DNA from: an uncultured Acidobacteriota bacterium
GTDB lineage: Bacteria; Acidobacteriota; Thermoanaerobaculia; Multivoradales; UBA5704
Direction: 5' to 3'
Assembly (NCBI GenBank): GCA_963770895.1
Contig: CAVYRF010000002.1
Coordinates: 2,112,001 to 2,176,000, forward strand
Length of the DNA stretch: 64,000 bases
Within the stretch, counting starts at the first letter, position 1. Each line of letters begins with the position of its first letter. A model generated the notes under the pieces. It worked only from the letters and a program-made list of their open reading frames with translations, did no database searches and was not told where the DNA came from. Shown here piece by piece: positions 8,158 to 20,100 of the stretch. The translations under genes and the position numbers were made by a program.

Positions 8158-11100
8158 TTGGCGGAAACAACCGACCAGAGTACGGACCGGCGGCGCGAAG
8201 CCCTGTCGGGGGCGCTGCGCCGCCAGGTGGCGCAGATCCTGGACACCGATCCCGCGGGTCTTCCGCTGGACCGTCCGCTGGTGGCGCTGGGGGTTGATTC
8301 GCTGGCAGCGGCCGAGCTTGCGGAAGCGATCGAGTCCACCTTTGGCGTGCGGCTGGAGCTTGCCGAGCTGTTCGCCGGCCTGACGCTGGACGAGCTGGCG
8401 GAGCGCATCTGGACGGCCGGCCCGCTGTCTGGCGCCGGGGCGGCAGCTGGGGCGGCGCCGCAGGGCGCTTCGGCTCACCAAGCGTCGCCCGCGGCGGCGG
8501 CCGAGCGGCTGTCGTGGGGACAGCGGGCACTCTGGCTGGTGGACCGGCTGGCGCCGGGCAACCCCGCCTACGTCATAGCCGGTGCGGCGCGGGTGCGCGG
8601 GGCGCTGGACGTGCCGCGCTTCCGCCGGGCGGTCGAGCAGCTGGTGGCGCGGCATGCGGCGCTGCGCGCCAACCTTGTGGAGTCCGGCGAAGGCGCCGAC
8701 GCGGTGGCGCTGGTGACGCGCGCCGAGCCGACCTGCGACTTTCGCGAGGTGGATGCCGACGGCGACAGCGACCAGGACGTGGCCGCGACGCTGGCGCGCC
8801 TGGCATACGCGCCGTTCGACCTGGCGGCGGAGCCGCTGCTGCGCGTGGTGCTCTGCCACCGCGGCGCGGATGATCCCTGGCTGGCGATCGCGGTGCATCA
8901 CGTGGTGGCCGACTTCGCGTCGATGGGCATCCTGGTGGACCAACTGGGCGCGCTGTATCGCGGCGAGCGATTGGCGCCGCTCGCCGCCACCTACCAGGAC
9001 TTCGTGCGCGCCGAAGCGGAGCTCCTGGCATCGCCGGAAGGCGAGCGCCTTGCGGAGCACTGGCGGCAGGCGTTGCCGCCGGGGCTGCCGGCGCTGGACC
9101 TGCCGACCGATCGGCCGCGGCCGGCGCTGCAGACGTTCCGCGGCGCGACGCGCGAGATGCGGCTGCCGGCCGCGGTTTCGGCGCGGCTGCGGTCGCTCGC
9201 CGCGGAGCTGGGCGCGACGCCGTTCATGGCGCTGCTGGCGGTGTTCCTGGTGCTGATGGAGCGCCAGACCGGCCAGGAGCAGGTGCTGGTGGGCACGCCG
9301 ACGTCGGGCCGGCCGGGGGCGGCGTTCACCGGGGTCGTGGGCTACTTCGTCAATCCGGTGGTGGTGCGGGGCGACCTGTCCGGCGACCCGGCGTTTGCCA
9401 CGGTGCTGGCCCGCGTGCGGGAATCCGTGCTGGCGGCCCTGGCGCATCAACGGTTGCCGTTCCCGCTCATCGCCGAGCGGCTGGCGGCGGAGCGCGACCC
9501 CAGCCGGCCGCCGGTGTTCCAGGCGATGTTCGGGCTCTACCGGGAGCGCCACGGCGCCGATGCCGGTCTCACCGGCCTGGCGCTGGGCGCCAGCGGCATC
9601 GGCCTGGACCTGGGCGGCCTCGACCTCGCATCGGAGGCGCTGGCACGGCCGGGAGCGCAGTTCGAGCTCAACCTGGCGATGGGGGACACCGGCGGCGCGT
9701 TCGCCGGCGCTCTGGAGTACAACGCCGACCTGTTCGATGCGGCGACCGCGTTGCGCTTGCTCGGCCAGCTGACGGTGCTGGCGACGGCGGTCGCCGGCGA
9801 CGGCGAAGGCGCCGGCATCCCCGGCGCGGCCGGCGCCGCTGGCGTCGCCGATCGACGGATCTCACAGCTGCCGCTGCTGAGCGCCGCCGAGGCGCAACAG
9901 CTGCGCGAGTGGAACGACACGTCGGCGGCGTTTCCCGGCGAGCCCTGCCTGCACGAGCTGATCGCGGCGCAGGCGGCGCGGACGCCCGGCGTCAAGGCGG
10001 TCGAGGCGGCAGGGGCGGACGGCAGGTGGGCGAGCCTCACCTACCGCGAGCTGGAGGCGCGCGCCTCGCACCTCGCCGGCCGGCTGCGCCGCCTCGGGGT
10101 GGGGCCGGACACGGTGGTGGCGATCACGGCGGAGCGGTCGCTGGGCCTGATGGTGGGACTGCTCGGCATTCTCAAGGCGGGCGGCGCCTACCTGCCGCTC
10201 GACCCGGAGTACCCGCGCGACCGCCTCGACTACATGCTGCGCGACTCCGGCGCGCGGGTGCTGCTGGTCCAGGGCGCGATGGCGCGGCCGCCGGCGGAGG
10301 GGCCGGCGGTGACCCTGCTGCTGGACGACCCGGCGGCGCCGGCGCCCGGCCGGGGCGGCGATCCGCCGCGGGCGCCCGGCGCCGCGCCGGCGGCCCGGCC
10401 CGACAACCTGGCCTACGTGATCTATACCTCGGGTTCGAGCGGGCGGCCGAAGGGGACGATGAACTCCCACCGGGGGATCGTCAACCGCCTGACCTGGATG
10501 CGCCAGCAGTTCCCGCTAGGCCCCGGCGATCGGGTGCTGCAGAAGACGCCGGCGGGCTTCGACGTGTCGGTGTGGGAACTGTTCTGGCCACTGCTGACCG
10601 GCGCTCGGCTGGTGATGGCGGCTCCCGGTGGCCATCGCGACAGTGCCTACCTGCTGCGCACCCTCGCCGAGCGGCAGATCACCTACGCCCACTTCGTGCC
10701 GGCGATGCTGCGAGTGTTCCTGGACCATCTCGAAGGCGACCCGCCCCCGACGGCCGCCCGCTCGCGGTTGCGGCGGCCGCTGCCGCGGCTCCAATGCATC
10801 CTGGCGAGCGGCGAGGCGCTGCCTTACGACGTCCAGCAGCGGTGCCACGCGCTGCTCGGCGTGCCGCTGCACAATCTCTACGGCCCGACCGAAGCGGCGG
10901 TCGAGGTCACACGGTGGGCGTGCGTGCCGACCGGTGCGCCGGCCGACCCGGAGGCGCCACGGCCGGTGGTGCCCATCGGGCGGCCGTTGGCCAACACCTC
11001 GATCCACCTGCTGGACCGGTGGGGTGGCAAGGTGCCGGCCGGCGTGCCCGGTGAGCTGCACATCGGCGGCGTGCAGCTGGCGCGCGGCTACCTGGGGCGC

Positions 11101-14100
11101 CCCGAGCTGACCGCCGAGAAGTTCGTGCCCGACCCGTACGCCCAGCTGGGCGGACAGCGCCTGTACCGCAGCGGCGACGTGGCGCGCCACCGGACCGACG
11201 GCGCCATCGAGTTCCTCGGCCGCGCCGACAACCAGGTGAAGATCCGCGGCGTCCGCACCGAGCTCGGCGAGATCGAGGCCGCGCTGGCGCGCCATCCGGC
11301 GGTGGCGGAGGCGTTGGCGGTCGCCGTTGCCGCCGCCGGCGACGCCGACGGTCCGCGTCTTGCGGCCTACCTGGTGCTCACCGGGGCGCCGCCGGGCGAC
11401 CCGGAGGTGGTTGCCGGGAGCGGCGGCAGCGGCCCCGAGGCGCTCATCGCCGAGCTGCGCCGGAGCCTGCGGGAAAGCCTGCCGGAGCCCATGGTGCCGG
11501 CGGCCTTCATGGTCCTGGCGGCGCTGCCGTTGTCGGCCAACGGCAAGCTCGACCGCAAGGCGCTGCCGGCGCCGGATTGGGGCACGGCCGCGGCTGCCGC
11601 GTCCCGGCGTCCCGGCGCGCTCACGCCCACCGAAACGATCCTGGCCGGCATCTGGGCCGAGCTGCTCGGCCGCGAGGAGGTCGCCGCCGAAGACAGCTTC
11701 TTCGACCTGGGGGGCCACTCGCTGCTGGCCACCCGCCTGGTGTCGCGGGTACGGCGAGCGTTCGGCATCGAGCTGCCGCTGGGCCGCGTGTTTGCCCGCC
11801 CGACGCTGGGGGCGCTGGCCGGCGACATCGCCGCGCGCATCGCCGACGGCGCTGCCGCGGGCTCCGGCGACTCGCTCGGCGCCCGCGGCTCCGCCGGCGG
11901 CGGCACCACCACCGCCGCTCCCACCGCCCGCCGGGCGCGCCGCGCCGCCCTGGCCCGGCGCGCCGATGCCGCCACCGGCGCCACCGGTGCCGCCGCCGCG
12001 CGTGCCGCGCTCCTGGAGGATCGCGTCGCCGCCATCGGGCGGGGAGCCGACCCGGCCCAGGCCGCGGCGACCCTGGCCGGCATCTGGGCCGAGCTGCTGG
12101 AGCACGCAGAGATCGCCGCCCAGGACAACTTCTTCGACCTGGGGGGCCATTCGCTGTTGGCCAACCGCCTGGTGTCGCGGGTACGGCAGACGTTCGGCGT
12201 CGAGCTGCCGCTCAACAGCGCCTTCGCCAACCCGACGCTGGCGGCGATGGCAGGCGAGATCGTGGCCCGGATGTCCGGCGGCGGCGATGCCGCCGCCGAT
12301 TCCTCGCTTCCGGCGGCGTTGGCGGACGGTTCCGCCGCAACCGTCCTGTCGTTCGCCCAGGAGCGCATCTGGTTCGTCTCCCAGCTGGCGCCGGACTCCG
12401 CCGGGTACAACATGCCCGGCACCCTGCGGCTGCGCGGCAGGCTCGCAGCGCCGGAATACAAAGCGCTGGCCGGCGCCCTGCAGGAGATCGTCCGCCGCCA
12501 CGAGGTCCTGCGCTCGACCTACCCTGCCGGCGCCGACGACTCGGGGCTGCCCCTGCAGGTGGTGTCGCCCGACTGCGGCGTCGCCCTGCCGCTGATTGAC
12601 CTGACGGGACTGGTGCAGGCCGCCGCCGCGACCGGCGAGGCCGTGGCGGCGGCGCTTGGCCGCCAGCCCTTCTTGCTGGCGACCGGACCGCTGCTGCGCA
12701 CCGCCCTGCTGCGGCTGGCCGCCGACGATCACCTGCTGGTGGTCGTCTTGCACCACATCGTCGGCGACGGCTGGTCGGTCGGGATCTTCCTGCGCGAGCT
12801 GGCACAGCTGCACGCCGCCTTCGCCGCCGGCGAGCCGTCGCCGCTGCCCGAGCTGGCGCTGCAGTACGCGGACTTCGCCCGCTGGCAGCGCCGCTGGCTG
12901 AACGACGCGGCGCTGGCCGCGCCGCTCGCCTTCTGGCGGCAGGCGCTGGCCGGCGCCCCGGCCCGTCTGGCGCTGCCCACCGACCGGCCGCGGCCGGCGA
13001 CGCAGAGCTCGCGCGGCGCGCGGCTGACGCTGCCCGTCCCGGAAGCGATGGAGTCGGAGCTGCGGCGCGTGGCGCGCCGCGACGGCGCCACCCTGTTCAT
13101 GGTGCTGCTGGCGGCCTTCGACCTGCTCCTCTGGCGGTGGTCCGGCGAAGCGGACCTGGTGGTGGGCGTGCCGGTGGCCAACCGCGACCGCCTGGAGATC
13201 GAAGGCCTGATCGGTTGCTTCGTCAACACCCTGGCGCTGCGCGTCGACGTGGCCGGCAATCCCACCCTGGCGGAGGTCCTGGCGCGGGCGCGCCAGGCCA
13301 GCCTGGCAGCCTTCGCGCACCAGGAGATGCCCTTCGAGCAGCTGGTCGAAGCGCTGGCGCCGCGGCGCGATCCGAGCGCGACGCCGCTGTTCCAGGTGGC
13401 GCTCGCGGTGCAGGGCCGCTGGGAGGGCATGACGCCTGCCGGGATCGGGCACTGGCTGCGCCTGGAGCCGCGTCCGGTCGACATCGGCGTCGCCAAGTTC
13501 GACCTCACCGTGGAGGCGGAGGAAGCTCCAGGCTACCTGTCCCTGGCGTTCGAGTACTGTCGCGACCTTTTCGACCCGGCCACGATGCTGCGCCTCGCGT
13601 CGAGGTTCGGCAGGATGCTCGACGTCCTGACGTCGGGCGACGTGCAGCGCGGCAGCGCCGATCTGGACCTGCTCGCCGAGGCCGAGCGCCATCAGCTGCT
13701 GGTCGAATGGGCCGGCGGCGCCGCCGCCTGGTCGCCGCCGACCACCTTGCACGAGGCGTTCGCGATGCAGGCGCGGCGGCAGCCGGCGGCGGTGGCGCTG
13801 ACCTGCGGCGGTGCCTCGCTGACCTGGGGTGAGCTCGACCGGCGCTCAACTCGGCTGGCGCGCCGCCTGCGCCGGATGGGGGTGGGGCCGGAGGTGTGCG
13901 TGGCGGTGTGGCTGGATCGCTCGCCGGAGATGGTGGTGGCCCTGCTCGGCGTGCTCAAAAGCGGCGGTGCCTATGTGCCTTTCGACGCGAGCTTCCCGCG
14001 CCGGCGGTGGGAACGCATCCTGATCGAGACCGGCGCGACGGTCCTGCTGACCCGCGAGGGTCGGCGCGAGTCGCTGCCGCTCGACCCGGCGGCGTACGGT

Positions 14101-17100
14101 GTCAGCGTGCTCTGCCTCGACGGAGCCGACCCGGCCGCGAGCGCCGATCCGGACAGCGCAGGCAATGAGATGGACGGGAACGCCGGCGCCGATCGCGACA
14201 TCGCTCGTCTGGCGGCCGGACCCGACAACCTGGCGTACGTGATGTACACCTCCGGTTCGAGCGGCGAGCCCAAGGGCGTTGGCGTGGTGCATCGCGGCGT
14301 GGTTCGCCTGGTACGGGACAACCGGCTTTTCGATTTCGGCCCCGGCCAGGTGTTCCTCCAGGTGTTGCCGCTCGCTTTCGACGCCTCGACGCTGGAGATC
14401 TGGGGGCCGCTGCTCAACGGCAACCGTCTGGTGCTCTTCCCGCCAGGGCTGCCCGACCGCGACGGCCTGCGCGAGGTGGTCGAGCGCCAGGGCGTCACCG
14501 CCATCGTGCTGACCACCAGCCTTTTCCACCAGCTGGCCGAGGGCGGCCTCGGCGCTTTGCGGTCGCTGTGCCAACTGGTGACCGGCGGCGAAGCGCTGTC
14601 GCCACCGCTCGCGCATCGGGCCTGGCGTGAGCTGCCCGCCACCGTCCTGATCAACGCCTATGGCCCGACCGAGGGCACCGTGGCCGCGGCCTGCTACCCG
14701 ATGCGCGGTGCGGCCTTGCCGGCCGGCGACGGCCCGCGGGCGCCGGCGGCGAGCGGTGGCGCGGTCCCCATCGGCAGGCCCATCGCCGACACGACAATCC
14801 GTGTCTGCGACCGCTCCGGCCAGCCGGTCCCTGCCGGCGTCGCGGGCGAGATCCTGATCGGCGGCGGCGGCCTGGCGCGCGGTTATCTCGGGAGGCCGGA
14901 CCTTACCGCTGAGCGTTTTGTCCCCGACCCCTGGAGCGGCCACGGCGCCGCGGCAGCGGCAGGCGCCGGCTGGCGGCTCTATCGCACCGGCGATCTCGCC
15001 CGCTGGTTGCCCGACGGCAACCTGGAATTCCTCGGCCGCATCGACCATCAGGTCAAGCTGCGCGGTTTCCGCATCGAGCCCGGCGAGATCGAGGCCTGCC
15101 TGGTGCGCCATCCGGATGTCGAGCGCGGCGTGGTGCAGGTCCGCGAGGCGGCGCCCGGCGACCGGCGCCTGGTGGCGTACGTGGTGCCCAAAGCCGGTGC
15201 GGCGGCCTCGCCCGAGTTCGTTGGCGCCTTGCGCACCGCCCTCGCCCATGAGCTGCCCGCCTTCATGGTGCCCGCGGCCTTCGTTTTTCTGGCGGCGCTG
15301 CCGCTGACGATGAGCGGCAAGCTCGATGCCAGGGCGCTGCCGCCGCCGGTCTGGGGCGCGCCGGCGGGCGCCGCCTCCTTCATCGCCCCGCGCACTCCGA
15401 CCGAACAGCTGGTCGCCGACCTGTGGGCCGAGCTGCTGGCCGTCCCTGCGGTGGGCGCCGGCGACGATTTCTTCGCTCTCGGCGGCCACTCGCTGTTGGC
15501 GGTCCGCGCCGTCGCCCGGTTGCGCGAGGTGCTGGGCGTCGAGATCCCCTTGGCCCGGCACTTCGAGCTGCCGCGGCTGGCGGACCTGGCTCGGGAGCTC
15601 GATGCCCTGGGCCGGCAGGCGCTGGCTGTCCCGCTGGTCCGCCTGCGGCAGCGGGCGGCGCTGCCGCTGTCCTTTGGCCAGGAGCGGCTCTGGTTCCTGG
15701 ACCGTCTGGCGCCCGGAAGTCCGGCCTACAACGTCCCGGCCGCGCTCGGTCTGCGCGGGTGCCTCCATCGCGCCGCCCTGGCGGCGAGCCTGGGCGCCAT
15801 CCGCCAGCGGCACGAGGTGCTGCGCACCACCTTTGTCGAGCGCGACGGCGGCGTCGTGGCGGTGGTTGCCGGCGACGCGACGCCGTGCGCCATGGCGCTG
15901 CCCTTGATCGACCTGCGGGCGCTTCCCGCCGATCTGCGCGCCCGCGTGGCGAGCGAGCTGGCCGCCGGCGAGGCCCGGCGTGCCTTCGACCTGGCCGCCG
16001 GACCGTTGCTGCGGGCCGTCCTGTTGCGTCTGGCCGGCGTCGGCGACGACGCGGAGCACTGGCTGCTGCTGACGCTGCATCACATCGTCAGCGACGGCTG
16101 GTCGGTCGACATCCTGGCCCGCGAGCTGAGCTTCCTGTACCGCGGTGCCCTGGCTGCCCCAGGGGTCAGCGGCGGCGCGGCCCAGGGGTTGCTGCCGTCG
16201 CTGCCCATTCAGTATGCCGACTTCGCGGCCTGGCAACGCGCCTGGCTGACCGGCGAGACGCTGGCCGTCGAGCTGCGCTTCTGGCGGCGGCAGCTCGCCG
16301 GCGAGCGCGGCCTGCCGCCGGCGCTGGTGGTGCCGCTCGACCGGCCGCGCCCGGCGGGACCGACCGAGCGCGGCGCCCGGCGCGCCTGGTCCGTGCCGCA
16401 GTCCTGCCTGGACGGGCTGTCGGCGGCGGCGCGCCGCCACGGCGCCACGCTCTTCATGCTGCTGCTGGCGGCGTTCGACACCCTGCTGCTGCGCCACGGC
16501 GGCGAAAGCGACCTGGCGGTCGGCACGCCGGTCGCCAACCGCGACCGGTTGGAGACGCAGGACCTGGTCGGCCTGTTCGTCAACACGCTGGTGCTGCGTG
16601 TCGACGCCGGGGGCGATCCCAGCTTCGCCGAGCTCGTGGGGCGCGCCCGCCGCACCGCCATGGATGCGTATGCCCACCAGGATCTGCCATTCGACAAGCT
16701 GGTCGGCGAGCTGGCGCCGCAGCGTCGCGCCGGGGCGCCGGACACGCCGTTCTTCCAGGTCGCCCTGGCGCTGCAGACCAGCCCGCCGGCGCTCACTCTC
16801 CCCGGCCTGCGCGCTCAGGCGCTGGACTTCGACAGCGGCACGGCCAAGTTCGATCTGTCGCTGTCGATCTTCGGCCGCGATGGGGACGGCCTGGCCGGGA
16901 CGTGGACCTATCGCAGCGAGCTGTTCGATGCGGCGACCGTCGCGCGGCTGGGTGGCCAGCTGGGACATCTGCTGGCCGCTGTCGCCGGCAACGCCGGCGG
17001 TGCCACCGGCGCCGGCGGGTGGCACCGCCGGCTCGCCGATCTGCCGCTGCTGGGCACCGGTGAGCGCCACCAAGTGCTGGTGGAGTGGAACGTCGCCGAC

Positions 17101-20100
17101 TGGCGGGGTTGGCAGGACTGGCCGGGCGACGGCGACGAGCTGCTGCATACGCCGTTCGAACGCCAGGCGGCGCTGCGGCCGGCGGCCGCGGCGGTGGTGG
17201 ACAGCCCGCCGGGCGACGCGGACGCCGAGCGCGTCCTGTCCTACGGCCAGCTGGCGGTCATGGCGGACCGCCTGGCGGCGATCCTCGCCGGCGCCGGGGT
17301 GGGTCCCGAAACGATCGTCGGCCTGTATGCCGCGCCGTCGCCGGCGCTCATCGCCGGCATGCTCGCCGTCCTCAAGGTGGGCGGCGCCTTTCTGCCCCTG
17401 GACGCCACCGCGCCGCGCGCCCGGATCGCCGAGCTGCTCGCCGACGCGGGAGCCGTGGCGGTGCTGACCGACGCCGCCGCCGACGGCGCCGGGGGCCTCA
17501 CCGCGCCGGCCGCGGACGTCTCGTGGGTCTCCCTGGCGGCTGTCGACGCCGGCGTGGCGGCGACCGTACTGCCGCCGCCGGCTGCCGCGGCGCGCCGCCT
17601 GGATCCCGACCTTGCGGCGTACGTGATCTATACCTCGGGGTCGAGCGGCCGGCCCAAGGGGGTCGTCGTCTCGCACCGGTCGATCGCCAACCGCATGCGC
17701 TTTCAGGTCGCCGCGGACCTGACTCCCGGCTCGCGCGTGCTGCAACGCTCCCGGCTGGCGTTCGACGTCTCGGTCGTCGAGGTCTTCGGGCCGCTGTGGG
17801 CCGGCGCCACGCTGGTGCTGACCGACGCGCAGCGCCTGCAGGACCCCGTCGCCTTGGCGCGGTCGATCGCCCGCGGCCGCATCACCAACGCCAACGTGCC
17901 GCCGGCGCTGCTGCCCGAGCTGCTCGCGCAGGAGGCCTTTCGCGCCGGCGGCTCGCTGCGGCGCGTCGTCGCCGGCGGCGACCGCATCCCGGGAGCGCTG
18001 CCGGGGCGCTTCTACGAGGCGATGGCGGCGCCGGCGCCGCTGCTCGTCGCGCGCTACGGCCCGACCGAGGCCACGGTCTCGATCACCGAGTGGGTCTGCG
18101 GGTGCGATCCGGAAGCGGCGACCGTGCCGCTCGGCCGGCCGATCGCCGGCACCCGCCTGTACGTGCTGGACGCGCGCGGCAGCGAGATGGCGCCGGGCGC
18201 GGCGGGCGAGCTCTGCCTGGGCGGCGTCTGCCTGGCGCGCGGCTACCTAGCGCGGCCCGATCTGACCGCCGCCGCCTTCGTCCCCGACCCCTTCGCGGAC
18301 GGCGCCGCGGGAGCCGGGGGGCGGCTGTATCGGACCGGCGATCTGGTGCGGCAGCGCGGCGACGGCGTGATTGAATTTCTGGGGCGCATCGACCGCCAGG
18401 TGAAGCTGCGCGGCTTCCGCGTCGAGCTGGCGGAAGTGGAGGTCGCGCTGGCGCGGCACCCGGAGGTAGCGGCGGCCGCGGTCGTCGACCGCGAAGACCC
18501 GCAAGGCAGCGGCAAGCGGCTGGTCGCCTACGTGGTGATCGAAGGCACCAGCGGTGCCGACGGTGCCGGGAGTGCCGGCGTCGCCGGCCTGGACGCCGCG
18601 GGCGCGGCGGGCGTCGCCGGCGCCTGGAACCAGCGGTTGCGCGACTTTCTGGCCGGCACCCTGCCTCCGTACATGGTCCCCGCCGCCGTCGTCGTGCTGC
18701 CGCGGCTGCCGCGCACCGCCAACGGCAAGATCGACCGCGCCGCCCTGCCCGAGCCGCTGTGGGCGGCGGCGGGGGCCGGCGAGCCGGAGCACGGCGCCCC
18801 GCGCACCCCCGTCGAGGAGCTGCTGGCCGAGTGCTGGCGCGAGCTGCTGGCGGTGCCTGGAGTCGGCCCGGACGACAGCTTTTTCGAGCTCGGCGGCCAC
18901 TCCCTGCTCGCCACGCGCCTGGTGGCGCGGGTGCGCGACGCCCTGCAGGTCGAGCTGCCCCTGCGCCGGGTGTTCGAAAGCCCGACCCTGGCCGCCCAGG
19001 CGCGCGACGTCGAGGCGTTGCTGCGCGGCCCCGACCACGGCGCCGGCGGGGAGGCACCGGGCGCCGGCGCGTTCGCGCCGGCGCCGCGCCTGGAGCGCCG
19101 GCCGGCCGCCGCCGGGCTGGTGCTGTCGTATGCCCAGGAGCGCTTGTGGTTCCTGACCCAGCTGGAGGTGGACAGCGCCGCCTACAACATCCCGGGCATG
19201 CTGCGGCTGCGCGGCCCGCTCGATCGCCGGGCGCTGGCCGCCAGCCTGCGCGAGATCGTGCGCCGCCACCAGGTGCTGCGCTGCGTCTACCCGTCCGACG
19301 GCGGGCGGCCGGCGCAGGTCGACCTGGCGGACCTGGCGTTGGCGATGCCGTTCATCGATCTCTCGGGTCTGGCCGCGCCGGCGGACCCCAGAACCGAGGC
19401 GCGGCGGCTGGGCGAGCGGCTGGGCCGCCGCCCCTTCGATCTCGCGGCCGGCCCGGTGCTGGTCGTCGCCCTGTGCCGGCTGGGCGCGGACGAGCACCGG
19501 CTGCTGCTGGTGCTGCACCACATCGCCGCCGACGGCTGGTCGGTGGGGGTGTTCCTGCGCGAGCTGCGCGAGCTGTACGGCGTCTTTGCGGGCGGCGGCG
19601 GCCGGGGATCGGCGCCGCCGCTCCCGGCGCTGCCGGTGCAGTACGCCGACTACGCCCACTGGCAGCGCTCCTGGCTGGCGGGGGACGTCCTGGACGGTCA
19701 CCTGGCGTACTGGCGCCAGGCGCTGGCCGGCGCGCCGCCGCGTCTCGACCTGCCTGCCGACCGGCCGCGGCCCGCGGTGCGCAGCGATCGCGGCGCGCAG
19801 ACCGAGGTCGCCGTCGGCAGCCAGGTCCTGGAGCCGCTGCGCGGCTGGGGGCGGCGGCAGGGCGCGACGCTGTTCATGGTCCTGCTCGCCGCCTTCGACG
19901 TGCTGCTGCATCGCCTGACGGGCGAAGTCGACCTGGTGGTCGGAACACCCATCGCCAACCGCGAGCGCCGCGAGATCGAGGGCTTGATCGGCTGCTTCGT
20001 CAACACCTTGGCGCTGCGCGCGGACCTGTCGGGCGCGCCGGCCTTCGCCTCCCTGGTGGAGCAGGTCAAGCGCCGGACGCTGGCGGCCTTCGCGCATCAG

